From NCBI RefSeq assembly GCF_963921235.1, contig NC_086108.1:31374001-31438000 (forward strand): DNA of 64,000 nucleotides. Direction: 5' to 3'. The stretch's first letter is position 1, and each line of letters begins with the position of its first letter. The notes below the pieces were generated by a model. It did no database searches, had not been told where the DNA came from, and was given only the letters and a program-made list of their open reading frames with translations. The position numbers and the translations under genes are program-made. The stretch is from Mobula hypostoma. Its lineage: Eukaryota. Below, piece after piece: positions 12,241-24,644 of this stretch.

Positions 12241-13338
12241 CCTCACCTCTGTGCAAAACAGGGCTCACCATCAGCCTACTGTCCTTCCCACGGTACAATA
12301 CAGAGCACATCATCAGCCTATTGTCATTTCCATAGTACAATACAGCGCTCACCATCAGCCTACCGTCCTCCCTTCAGTACAATACAGTGCTCACCATCAG
12401 CCTACCGTCCTCCCTTCAGTACAATACAGTGCTCACCATCAGCCTGCTATATTCCCTTCAGTACAATACAGCGCTCACCATCAGCCTACCGTCCTCCCCA
12501 CAGTAGAATACAGCACTCATTATCAGTCTATCGTCCTCCTTTCAGTACAATACAGTGCTCACCATCAGCCTGCTATATTCCCTTCAGTACAATACAGTAC
12601 TCACTATCAGCCTACCGTCCTCACTTCAGTACAATACAGTGCTCACCATCAGCCTGCTATATTCCCTTCAGTACAATACAGTACTCACTATCAGCCTACC
12701 GTCCTCCCTTCAGTACAATACAGTGCTCACCATCAGCCTGCTATATTCTCTTCAGTACAATACAGTGCTCACCATCAGCCTACCATCCTCCCCACAGTAC
12801 AATACAGCGCTCACCATCAGCCTACCGTCCTCACTTCAGTACAATACAGTGCTCACCATCAGCCTACCGTCCTCCCTTCAGTACAATACAGCGCTCACCA
12901 TCAGCCTACCGTCCTCCCTTCAGTACAATACAGTGCTCACCATCAGCCTGCTATATTCCCTTCAGTACAATACAGTGCTCACTATCAGCCTACCGTCCTC
13001 CCTTCAGTACAATACAGTGCTCACCATTAGCCTACCATCCTCCCCACAGTAGAATACAGCACTCACTATCAGCCTACCATCCTCCTTTCAGTACAATACA
13101 GCGCTCACCATCAGCCTACCGTCCTCCCTTCAGTACAATACAGCGCTCACCATCAGCCTGCTATATTCCCTTCAGTACAATACAGTGCTCACCATCAGCC
13201 TACCATCCTCCCCACAGTACAATACAGCACTCACTATCAGCCTACCATCCTCCTTTCAGTACAATACAGTGCTCACCATCAGCCTACCATCCTCCTTTCA
13301 GTACAATACAGTGCTCACCATCAGCCTACCGTCCTCCC
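12221..13338. repeat. 42-bp minisatellite, ~26-27 copies
   Basis: Unit GCTCACCATCAGCCTACCGTCCTCCCTTCAGTACAATACAGT with recurring variants (CCTGCTATATTCCC, CCTACCATCCTCCC, ACTCACTATC). Confidence 0.97.
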
Positions 13339-13344
13339 GGCATC

Positions 13345-13530
13345 AACATAGCATGCCCACAATTTACTAACCCCAACAGTAATAGCTTTGGAATGTGGGA
13401 GGAATCCAAAGAAAACTGACACAGTCACAGGGAGACCATGTAAACGCCTTACAGACAACGGCGGGAATCAAACCTCAATCAGTGATCACCGGCACTGTAG
13501 AGAAATTGGGCTAACGACTACACTACAATG
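13345..13530 (-). mobile_element. tRNA-derived SINE
   Basis: CTTTGGAATGTGGGAGGAA...CAGTCACAGGGAGA...TTACAGACAACGGCGGGAATCAAACC, the reverse of the SINE core and head. Confidence 0.7.
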
Positions 13531-13559
13531 TCCTTTTCCCTTAAAGGGGTAATTCTATC

Positions 13560-14946
13560 CATGTTTTCCTTTGTTCCTTGCCTCCTTCCATACTCATATC
13601 ATCCTACAGAAGACCCATCCCTGAGATCAAACATACTTTACACTTTTCTATCCTGCTCAGTACTGTAGGACAATTACTACTCTGCTGTCAAGTCAAATTC
13701 CGTCTGTCCAGCATATGACTGCAAACACTCAAGAAAACCAGCTGATGGTTGAGGGTGCTTCCCTATTTGCCTTCTATACTTATGCAGAGCCTCTACTGGA
13801 CTACCCTAATTAATCGCTGCAGCTTCTAATGTAGCCCCTTATAAATCACCTAGTGCCCCCTGCTTGTGCCAGCTCCTACCGGCAGGGCTGAATGCAGCAT
13901 TGAAGTTCGACATAGGAAGGTTAGTGGTCAATCCTCCCCTTTGTCTAAGCCACGTATTATTTCTGTGTTGTTGATTGTGCTGGAAAAGTTCTCGAGGATC
14001 ATTTGCCAGTCCACACTTGCAGCTACAGCACTCAGAGTACATCAAAAGTGGGAGGATACTATGTCACATCTGGTCCCCCTAGCTCTGGTGTCTCCTGAAC
14101 GTTTCCCCGTGAGTGCTGAAGGCTGTAAAACCACTGAGACAGCAAACTCAAACATCCTCACTATTGTAATGTGTCACCTTGTCTGCTATATCACTCCAAT
14201 CTACAACATCATTGTCATTTGTCCTCACCACAAATACACGTTTCACTTCTCTCTGAGCCGAGAGAGTTCACCTTGCAGCTTCTTCATCTGTTTGAAACAC
14301 TTGGTGTGATCAGCGCAGCTTCTCCTCTTATCTAGTGCCGACTTCTGTCCTGCATTCATGGTAGTCCATAAGTCCTGAGGCTGACTTTTCCATTTCTCTG
14401 CTTCCATACTTACCTTTCAAGATGCCACTTTTCTCCATTTCTCTCATCACAAATTCACACTGAGCCTGAAACTGACACATATATCAAACGTGCCTGCCCC
14501 TGCACCCGCACCATTTCCTTTCCTTTCCTTTCTCTCTCTCTCCAACTCTTCCATGCACTCACATTTTCTTTGTGTATAACTGTACAGTAATTTCCCATTT
14601 TAATATCCTAACCTCCTAATCTATGTGGTGGTTCAACTCAATGCAGGTCTAGTGTGACTTCTGCACTACGTTTACAGCAGGCCATATATCCTGACACTGA
14701 CTTTTCCATTTCTCTACTCTATTTTTGCTTTTTTTTTAACATTCCTCTTCACTTTTTTCCTTCTTTTGTCACATGTTCTCACAGAGCCTAAAATGAACGC
14801 TTGTATCAAATTCACCTACCACTGCTCCCAAAGCACTTTATTTTCTTTGCTCTTTCTCCCCAACACTTTTCAGTTTCTTTTTAACTCTATGCTACATAGG
14901 TGACCGTATAGATAATTACCCATTTCAATCTCTTAACCTCCTAATC
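13560..14946 (-). pseudogene. Possible degraded gag-like remnant of an LTR retroelement
   Basis: Minus-strand fragments MEAEKWKSQPQDLW...DHTKCFKQMKKLQGELSRLREK, NDNDVVDWSDIADKV and GALGDL*GATLEAAAIN*GSPVEALHKYRRQIGKHP (coiled-coil then capsid-like); many stops; no LTR seen. Confidence 0.35.
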
Positions 14947-14959
14947 AACTGATCAACAC

Positions 14960-15335
14960 CATTCTTTCATTCATTATGTGCCATGTCATATGAAGTAGAT
15001 GATCATGGGATTTCCACGACCATGATTGTTCTTGGCAAATTTTTCTACGGAAGTGGTTTGGCATCACTTTCTTCTGGGCAGTATATTTACAAATCAGGTG
15101 ACCCCAGCCATTATCAATATTCTTCAAAGATTGTTCACCTGGTGTGGTTGCAAAACCAGGACTTGTGATATGCACCAGCTATTCATACGACCATCCAGCA
15201 ACTCCCCCCGTGGCTTCAGGTGACCCTCATCAGGGAGACTAAGAGGTACTACACCTTGCTGAAGGGTCACCTGCAGGCTAGTGGAGGGAAGGAGCGTCTT
15301 ACACATCCTTTGGTAGAGACCTGTCTCCACTCAGC
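14960..15335 (-). mobile_element. SINE with RTE/BovB-like 3' region
   Basis: GAAGTGGTTTG-GCATCACTTTCTTC resembles the RTE-associated GAAGTGGTTTGCCATTGCCTTC motif; (TTCA)n tail on the plus strand at ~14966. Confidence 0.5.
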
Positions 15336-15429
15336 TACGCTCAACACCACTAAAGGTGTCAAATGTGTTACAGCTCTTCATATGGGATGAAATGAATTAG
15401 AGGGTAAAGCTTATTTTGATGCCCAAACA

Positions 15430-18400
15430 AAACCTAGGGAGTTGGAAATTGGACAGAAGGTCATCGACAGAGTGGTCTGAGTCACACTGGTAGGGCTTTG
15501 GCTCATTCGGGCCTCGGCGAAGTAAGTGGGTAGGTGGACTGCATTTTTTCCTTGCATTTTTTGAGGAATAGAGAGCATGTCTGTAGGGTTAGTACTTTGC
15601 ACTGGGTGTCAGATTTGGGAATCTTGGGAATCTAGTCTCTCAGATGGCCACATCTGCGCCAGGTGCACCGAGATGCAGCTCCTGAGAGACCATGTTAGAA
15701 TCTGGAGCTACGGCTTGATGACCTACAGGTTATGAGAGGAAATGAACTTGAGATAGATAAGAGCTACAGGGAGCTGCAGGAGTTAGATAAGTGGGTGACT
15801 GTCAGGGAAGGTAAGTGAAGAGCTCAGATAGTAAAGACCCCTGTGGCCATCCTCCTCAGTAATTGTCATCTCGTTTTGGATGCTGTTGAGGGGGGTTATC
15901 TGACAGAGGATGACTACAGTGATCGGGTCTCTGGCACTAAGCCTGGTTCTGTGGTGCAGAAGGGAGAGAAAAATATGAGGAATGCAGTAGTCATAGGGGA
16001 CTCCATAGAGAGGGGAACAGACAGGAGGTTCTAGAAACATAGAACATAGAAATATAGAAAACCTACAGCACAATACAGGCCCTTCAGCCAACAAAGCTGT
16101 GCCAAACATGTCCTTACCTGAGAAATTACCTAGGGTTACCCATAGCCCTCTATTTTTCTGAGCTCCATATTCCTGTCCAGGAGTCTCTTAAAAGACCCTA
16201 TCGCATCCACCTCCACCACCGTCGCTGGCAGCCCATTCCACGCACTCACCATTCTCTGCGTAAAAAACTTACCCCTGACATCCCCTCTGTACCTGCTTCC
16301 AAGCACCTTAAAACTGTGCCTTCTCGTGTTAGCCATTTCAGCCCTGGGAAAAAGCCTCTGACTCGCCACACGATCAATGCTTCTCATCATCTTATACATC
16401 TCTATCGGGTCACCTCTCATCCTCCATCACTCCAAGGAAAAAAAACTGAGTTTACTCAACCTATTCTCATAAGGCATGCTCCCCAATCCAGACAACATCC
16501 TTGTAAATATCCTCTGCACCCTTTCTATGGTTTCCACATCTTTTCTATAGTGAGGCGACCAGAACCGAGCACAGTACTCCAAGTGGGGTCTGACCAGGGT
16601 CCTATATAGCTGCAACATTACCTCTCGGCGCCTAAACTCAATCCCACAATTGATGAAGGCCAATGCACCATATGCTTTCTTAACCACAGATTCAACCTGC
16701 GCGGCAGCTTTGAGTGTCCTATGGACTCGGACCCAAGATTCCTCTGATCCTCCACACTACCAAGAGTCTTACCATTAATACTATATTCTGTCATCATATT
16801 TGACCTACCAAAATGAACCACCTCACACTTATCTGGGATGAACTCCATCTGCCGCTTTTCAGCCCAGTTTTGCATCTTATCAATGTCCCACTGCAATCTC
16901 TGACAGCTCTCCACACTATCCACAACGCATCCAACCTTTGTGTCATCAGCAAATTTACTAACCCATCCCTTCACTTCTTCATCCAGGTCATTTATAAAAA
17001 TCACAAAGAGTAGGGGTCCTAGAACAGATCCCTGAGGCACACCACTGGTGACCGACCTCCATGCAGAATATGACCCATCTACAACCACTCTTTGCCTTCT
17101 GTGGGCAAGTCAGTTCTGAACCCACAAATCAATGTCCCCTTGGATCCCATGCCTCCTTACTTTCTCAATAAGCCTTGCATGGCATACCTTATCAAATGCC
17201 TTGCTGAAATCTATATACACTACATCTACTGCTCTACTTTCATCAATGTGTTTAGTCACAACCTCAAAAAATTCAATCAGGCTCGTAAGGCACAACCTGC
17301 CTTTCACAAAGCCATGCTGACTATTTCTAATCTAATTCCTTACTGAAATAAGACTCACTGGTCTATAATTTCCTGGGCTATCTCTACTCTCTTTCTTGAA
17401 TAAGGGAACAACATCTGCAACCCTCTACTCCTCCGGAACCTCTCCTATCCCCGTTGATGATGCAAAGATCATCCCCAGAGGCTCAGCAATCTCCTCCCTC
17501 ACCTCCCACATTTGCCTGGGGTTGATCTTGTCCGGTCCCAGTGACTTAACTAACTTGATGCTTTCCGAAAACCCCTGCACATCCTCTTTCTTAATACCTA
17601 CATGATCAAACTTTTCAGTCCGCTGTACGTCATCCCTACAATTGCCAAGGTCCTTTTCCATAGTGAATACTGAAGCAAAGTACTCATTAATTACCTCTGC
17701 TATCTCCTCCAGTTCTATACACACTTTTCCACTGTCACACTTGATTGGTCCTATTCTTCACGTCTTATCCTCTTGTTCTTCACATATTTGTAGAATGCTT
17801 TGGGATTTTCCTTAATCCTGTCCATTAAGGCCTTCTCATGGGCCCTTCTGGCTCTTTCATTCTTAAGCTCCTTCCTGCTAACCTTATAAGTTCTAAATCT
17901 CTACCATTACCTAGGTTTTTAAACCTTTTGTAAGCTCTTCTTTTCTTCTTGACTAGATTTACAACAGCCTTTGTACACCACAGTTCCTGTACCCTACCAT
18001 CCTTTCCCTGTCTCATTGGAATGTACCTATGCAGAACTCCACACAAATATCCCCTGAACTTTTGCCACATTTCTTCCATACATTTCCCTGAGAACATCTG
18101 TTCCCAATTTATGCTTCCAAGTTCCTGCCTGAGAGCCTCATATTTCCCCTTACTCCAGTTAAACACTTTCCAAACTTGTCTGTTCCTATCCCTCTCCAAT
18201 GCTATGGTAAAGGAGATAGAATTCTGATTATTATCTCCAAAATGCTCTCCCACTGAGAGATCTGACACCTGACCAGGTTAATTTCCCAATACCAGATCAA
18301 GTACAGCCTCTCCTCTTGTAGGCTTAGCTACATTTTGTGTAAAGAAACCTTCTTGAACACACCTAACAAACTCTACCCAATCTAAACCCCTTCCTCACGG

Positions 18401-21400
18401 GACATGCCAATCGATATTTGGGAAATTAAAATCTCCCACCACGACAACCCTGTTATTATTACACCTTTCCAGAATCTGTCTCTCTATCTGCTCCACAATG
18501 ACCCTGTTACTATTGGCTGGTCTATAAAAAACACCTAGTGGAGTTACTGACCCATTCCTGCTCCTAACTTCCACCCACAGAGACTCTGTAGACAATCCCT
18601 GCATGTCTTCCTCCCGGACCCTGGCACTTGGGAGGCAAACTGCCATCCGTGCTTCTCTCCTGCACCCACAGAATCGCCTGTCTGCCCCCCTAACTATAGA
18701 GTAGTCCCCTATCACTGCTGCCATCCTCTTCCTTTCCCTACCCTTCTGAGCCACAGGGCCAGATCCTGTGCCAGAGGTGCGGCCACTGTTGCTTCCCCCA
18801 GGTAGGCCGTCCCCTCCAACAGTACTCAGACAGGAGTGATTATTGTCAAGGGGTACAACCACTGGGGTACTCTCTAGCTTCTGACTTCTGCCCTTCCCTC
18901 TCCTGACTGTTACCCACTTATCTGTTGGCCTGATAGAGATACCCGCATGGTGTGTTGCCTCCCAGGTGCCAGGGTACGGGATGTCTCGGATTGGGTGCAA
19001 AGTATTCTGAAGGGAGAGGGTGAACAACCAGAAGTTTTGGTAAATGTTGGTACCAATGACATAGGTAGAAAAAGAGAGGAAGTCCTGAAGAGAGAATCCA
19101 GGGAGTTAGGTAGGAAGCTGAAAAACAGGACCTCCAGGGTAGTAATCTCAGGATTGCTGCCTGTGCCATGTGCTTATGATCAAGCATATTAATGCATGGC
19201 TGAGAGATTGGTGTAGGGGGCAGTTCTTCAGATTCCTAGATCACTGGGGCCTCTTCTGGGGGAGGTATGACCTGTGCAAAAAGGACGGGTTACACCTGAA
19301 CCCAAAGGGGTCCAATATCCTAGCAGGGAGGTTTAATAGAGCTGTTAGGGAGGGTTTAAACTAATTTGGCAGGGGGAAGAGAACCGGAGTGATAGGGCTA
19401 TGGAAGGGGAAAATAGAAATAAATCAAAGATAGCGTGCAACAGAGATGATAGAAAGGACAGGCAGGAGGTGAGGCATAATCACAGCCAGTGAGATGATAT
19501 ATAACAGAGAGCAACGAATACCGGACTGAAGATGTTATATTCGATTGCACACAGCATAAGAAATAAAATGGATGATCTTGAAATTCAGCTACAGATTGGC
19601 AAGTATGACATTGTGTTCATCTCTGAAACTTGGCTAAAGGATGGCTGCCATTGGGAGCTGAATGTCCAAGGATATACGGTGTATCAGAAAGATAGGTTAG
19701 TAGGCAGAAGGGGTGGTGTGGTCCTGTGTATAAGAAATAATATTAAATCATTAGAAAGGATGACAGAGGATCGGAAGGTGTAGAGTCTCTATGGGTTGAG
19801 TTAAGAAATAGCAAGGGTAAAAGGACCCTAATGGCAGTTGTATACAGGTCTCCAAACAGCAGCTGGGATGTGGATTACAAATTATAGCAGGAGGTAGAAA
19901 AGGCGTGTCAGAGGGCAATGTCATGATAATCATTGGAGATTTTAACATGAAAACTAGGCCAGTACTGGACCTTAAGAGACAGAATCTGTAGAATGTCTAA
20001 GGGATGGCCTTTTAGAACAGCTTGCTGTTGAGCCCATGAGGGATCGGGTGTGCTGGATTGGGTGTTGTGCAATAATCTGGAGGTAATAAGAGAGTTTAAG
20101 GTTAAGGAACCCTTAGGGAACAGTGATCACAATAAGATCGAGTTCACTTTGAAATTTGAGAAGGAGAAACTAAAATCCAATGGGTCGGTATTTCAATGGA
20201 ATAAAGGAAATTACAATGGCATGAGGGGGGAACTGGCCGAAGTTGACTGAAAAGAGACATTTGCAGGAAGGACAGCAGAGCAGCAATGGCTGGAGTTTCT
20301 GTGAAAAATGAGGGAAGTGCAAGACAGATATATTCCAAATATGAAGAAATTTTCAAAAGGAAGAAGGACACTATGTGGCTGACAAGTGAAGTCAGAGCCA
20401 AAGTAAAAGTAAAAGAGAGGGCATACAGGAAGCCAAAGCTAGTGGGAAGATAGAGGATTGGGAAGCTTTTAAAAACTTGCAGAAGGAAACTAAGAAGGTG
20501 AGTAAGAAAGAAAAGATGAATTATGAGAGGAAGCTGGTGACTAATATCAAAGAAGATACTAAGAGCTTTTCTAAGTATATAAACAGGTAAAAGAGAGTTG
20601 AGGGTAGATATAGGACCAATACAAAATGATGCTGGAGATACTGTAAAGAAAGACACAGAGATGGCAGAGGAACTGAAAGCGTATTTTGCATCAGTCTTCG
20701 CAGTGGAAGACATTTGCTATATACCGGACATGCAAGAGTGTCATGGAAGTGATGTATGTGCTGTGAAAATTATGACTCAGAAGGTGCTCTGGAAGCTGAA
20801 TGACCTGAGGGTGGATAAATCTCCTGGACCTGATGAAATGCACCCTCAGGTTCTGCAGGAAGTAGCTGGAGAGATTGCAGAGGCATTAACAATGATCTTT
20901 CAAGAATTGATAGATTCTTGCATTGTACCGAATGACTGGAAAATTGCAAATGTTACTCTGCTATTTAAGAAGGGTGGCAGGCAGCAGCAAGGAAACTATA
21001 GACCTGTTAGCCTAACATTAGTCATTGGGAAGTTGTTGGAATCAACTGTTAGAGATGAGATTATGGAGTACCTGGAGACTCATTACAAGTTAGGCCAAAA
21101 TCAGCATGGTTTCCTGAAAGGAAAATCCTGTCTGACTAACCTACTGCAATTTTCTGAGGAAATTACAAGCAGGGTAGACAAAGGAGATGCAGTAGATGTG
21201 ATGGATTTTCAGAAGGTCTTTAATAAGGTGCTGCACATGAGGCTGCCAAGCAAGATAAGAGCCCATGGAATTACAGGGAAGTTACTAGCATGGGTGGAGC
21301 ATTGGCTGACTGACAGAAAACAGAGAGTGGGAATAAAGGGATCCAATTCTGGCTGGTTGTCAGTTACCAGTGGAGTTCCACAGGGATCGGTGTTGGGACC

Positions 21401-22340
21401 GCTGCGTTTTACAATGTATGTCAATGATGTGGACCATAGGATTAATAGATTTGTGGCTAAATTTACCGATGATGCAAAGATAGGTGGAGGAGCGGGTGGT
21501 GTTGGGGAAACAGAGAGCCTGCAGAGATACTTAGATAGTTTAGGGGAATAGGCAAAGAAGTGGCAAATGAAATACAATGTTGGAAAGTGTATGGTCATGC
21601 ACTTTGGTGGAAGAAATAAATGGGCAGACTATTATTTAGATGGGAAGAGAATTCAAGATGCAGAGATGCAAAAGGACTTGGGAGTCCTTGTGCAAAATAC
21701 CCCAAAGGTTAACCTCCAGGTTGAGTTGGTTGTGAAGAAGGCAAATGTAATGTTGGCATTCATTTATTGGATATGATGTTGAGGCTCTATAATGCACTTG
21801 TGAAACCACCCTTAGAGGATTGTGTGCCGTCTTGGGCTGCATATTTTAGAAAGGATACACTGACATTGGAGAGGGCTCAGAAAATGATTCTAGGAGTGAA
21901 AGGGTTATCATATGAGGAACGTCTGACAGCTCCTGGGCTGTATTCCCTGGAGATCAGGAGAATGAGGGGGGATCTCATAGAAACACTCTGTATGTTAAAA
22001 CACCTGAACAGATTAGATATGGCAAGGTTATTTCTCATGGTAAGGGAGTCTAAGACAAGAGAGTACGACTTCAGGATTGAAGGATGTCCATTTAGAAAAG
22101 AGATGCAGAGAAATTACTTTAGTCAGAGGGTGGTAAATCTGTGGAATTTGTTGCCACAAGCGGCTGTGCAGGCCAAGTCATTGGGTGTATTTAAGGCAGA
22201 GATAAATAGGTTCTTGATTAGCCAGGGCATCAAAGGGTATGGGGAGAAGACAGAGGAGTGGAGATGACTGGAAGAACTGGTTCAGCCCATGATTGAATGA
22301 CAGAGAAGACTCGATGGGCCGAATGACCTACCTCTGCTCC
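15430..22340 (+). mobile_element. Near full-length CR1 LINE (ORF1 zinc finger plus SGNH esterase; ORF2 APE plus RT), split by an antisense CR1
   Basis: ORF1: C..C Zn motif at ~15598-15670, VVIGDSIERGTDRRF | ..MVCCLPGARV..VGTNDIG..DGLHLN. ORF2: ISETWL, GDFN, SDHN, KSPGPD, NYRPVSLT, GVPQGSVLGP, FTDDAK. Tail TATATCTTATGGTCTTATG at ~22340. Multiple stops and frameshifts. Confidence 0.93.
16032..18920 (-). mobile_element. CR1 LINE inserted antisense in ORF1 of another CR1; internal deletions
   Basis: Tail TAGAAACATAGAACATAGAAA at 16032; ORFs with FADDTK, GVPQGSVLGP, DFSKAFDKV, GDFNFPNIDW; ORF1 esterase (AVIGD..VCLPSARV) abuts the endonuclease region at ~18613. Confidence 0.93.
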
Positions 22341-23409
22341 TATATCTTATGGTCTTATGATTACTGTATGTCAGCTAGGCTCCTTTACATCTCCAAGATT
22401 TTTAGGGTGTAATGACACTAGTGACAGAATCAGTCCATCAATATATCCAATCCAGATGTCTCCTGGTAAATTGGATTGGTATCACATAACCAACTTAACC
22501 CCTCAGAGTTAAAGTCAATGCCCTTTTATAATTGAGGTTCACAGAAAACTCTGACAATGGGATGCTTTAAACTGGAATGATGACAATGCTCTTAGTTTTG
22601 TTTTTCAGCCAACTAGAAGTAATGAGGACAAAGGAGCAAGGGCCTCCCCAGTAAGCTGGGTGGGCATTTTGCTGGATGTGTCTGGAGACTTTAAAATGGA
22701 AGGCTAAAGCTAGACAATTGTTGCAATTAGAAGCAGAGACAATGGGAAAGGAAGGTATTTGGGAGACTAATCCTCACAAAAGCAGAAGATGGAAGTGTTA
22801 AATTTAAGAAATGCATCAGATAGATCAGATGTTTAGTCACATAGAGAAACTGCTCTTGATGTTCTTTTACAGGTATTCAAAAATAACTGGGGTTGGATGC
22901 TGTGGAGAAGCAGCCTGATAAAAGTCAAAGATTCTCCCGCAGGTTGCATATTGACTATTGCAGTGAACTACTGTCTATTTGAATATTCACCTGCAGAAAT
23001 GCGAAGATTGAGGACTAGGATGGTTATGGATGAACTGGTTACAATATTCCACAGAAGTATTAACTTGGATTTCATCAGATGGCAACAACAAACTCTGTGG
23101 GTGGGTCAGATGTAAGGGTTGTGTGAAGTTACGAGGAAATAAAATGAAATTTAATCAGGACTTTGATCTAATAATGTGGGACTGTCAGGATAAAGGTGGG
23201 GAGTAACTCTTTAATCATCCATGCTTCAGGTAACAAATGGGTTATTACTTGAATAAAACTTAACTGTCAAAGTAATGTTGGGGCAAAATAAACCAAAAAC
23301 AAATTGATCAATTGATATGTATCCTGGCAACTCCATTTCAGTCACTTTACTGCTTGAGACTGTCACCCTACCTCCTGAAAACTGAAAAATGACACTACTG
23401 TCTCCCCTC

Positions 23410-23473
23410 CCACTGTGGAAGGGATGACGCATCTTTCTCCCTTGTTAGTGTCAGAGAGAGAGAGAGGGGTGGG

Positions 23474-23510
<37 letters not shown>

Positions 23511-23828
23511 CGCCTGTGGCATGTCGAACTGTTGGGTGAACAATAGTTTTTGTTGGACTGCAGATCATTGTCTCTCTCTGGGCACTTTGCTATTGCTTGC
23601 TTGGTGGGTAGTGGGTGCTGATGCTTTCTGCTGGAACAAGTGGGGGAAGGGGAGAGTTGATGCTTTGCTGCTGCTTATGCGTGGGAGAGGGGAGGGGGAT
23701 TTGGTTTTCTAATGTTTTTCTGTCATTCATTCTTTGGGGTTTTCTTCTGTTTCATGGATGTCTGCAAAGAGTAAGAATTTCATGTTGTATACTGTATACA
23801 TCCTCTGATATTAAATGGAACCAGTGAA
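23410..23828 (+). mobile_element. Non-autonomous retroposon fragment containing a (GA)n microsatellite (~23453-23510)
   Basis: GT-rich body ending GATATTAAATGGAACC; GA run visible directly. Confidence 0.45.
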
Positions 23829-24202
23829 TTGTTGATCAGTACCAACAGCTACTAGTCTTGGTTGTGAATGAGGTCCAAAAAGAGACAAAGGGGACATTAC
23901 TCAAATCTGGTGTGAAACCACCCATCCACCTCAGTATATAATGTGTCTTCCTCAGCATATGTCATTGGTAATTTAGATGGCTGTTTGCTAAGTTTGTCCA
24001 TAATGAAGTTATTTTGACATTAGGCAATTTTATCAAACTTTTAATAAGAAGAACCTATTATATTGATCAGTATTACACTCACTACACTTACGATATAAAC
24101 ATTATGTATATACTTTATGTGTTTTATGATTAATCCTCTATTAATTCATTTTATACTGATTGTTTTTTTAAACACACATTAGTATTTTTATGGCAACATT
24201 CG

Positions 24203-24465
24203 AATATAGAACATAGAACAGTAGAGTGAATTACAGGCCCTTTGCCCCATATAAACCTACTCCATGTTCAGTCTAATCCTCCCCTCCTACACAGCCCATA
24301 ACTCTCTATTTTCTTACATCCATTGCCTACTTAAGACTCCCTTTAATGTCTCTAATGTATCAGGCTGTACCACAACCCCTGACAGTGCATTCCAGGCACT
24401 CACAGCTCTATGTGTAAAAACCCGAGCTCTGCCACCTCCCCTAACATTTCCTCCAGTCACCTTAT
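24203..24465 (-). mobile_element. CR1 3' fragment
   Basis: ORF 24314-24502 (VFTHRAVSAWNALSGVVV); AATATAGAACATAGAAC tail. Confidence 0.75.
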
Positions 24466-24644
24466 TTAATGTATTCTTGACCTGGTCTGAACTAGTATTC
24501 ACCCAAACTACCTAAATTATTGTGATCCCCCAGAATATTCTGTGGATCTGAAATGAGCAGGTGTTGGCCTAAAGAACTTCAGAATCTGTAAAACAGCCGG
24601 CTCACTGGAACAAATCAAGAATAGTGGATGAGTAGGTAAAACAA

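Noticed and set aside
12221..13338. CRISPR-like array
   Set aside because: Units are contiguous tandem copies with no unique spacers, there are no cas genes, and the context is eukaryotic.
12137..13419. 297-aa, 406-aa and 165-aa repetitive ORFs as a real protein gene
   Set aside because: They arise from a stop-free 42-bp tandem unit open in all three frames, start inside hAT sequence, and lack gene context.
20598..21551. 317-aa reverse transcriptase as a retron, DGR or other novel RT system
   Set aside because: It is a fragment of CR1 ORF2 flanked by endonuclease and C-terminal pieces with stops and frameshifts.
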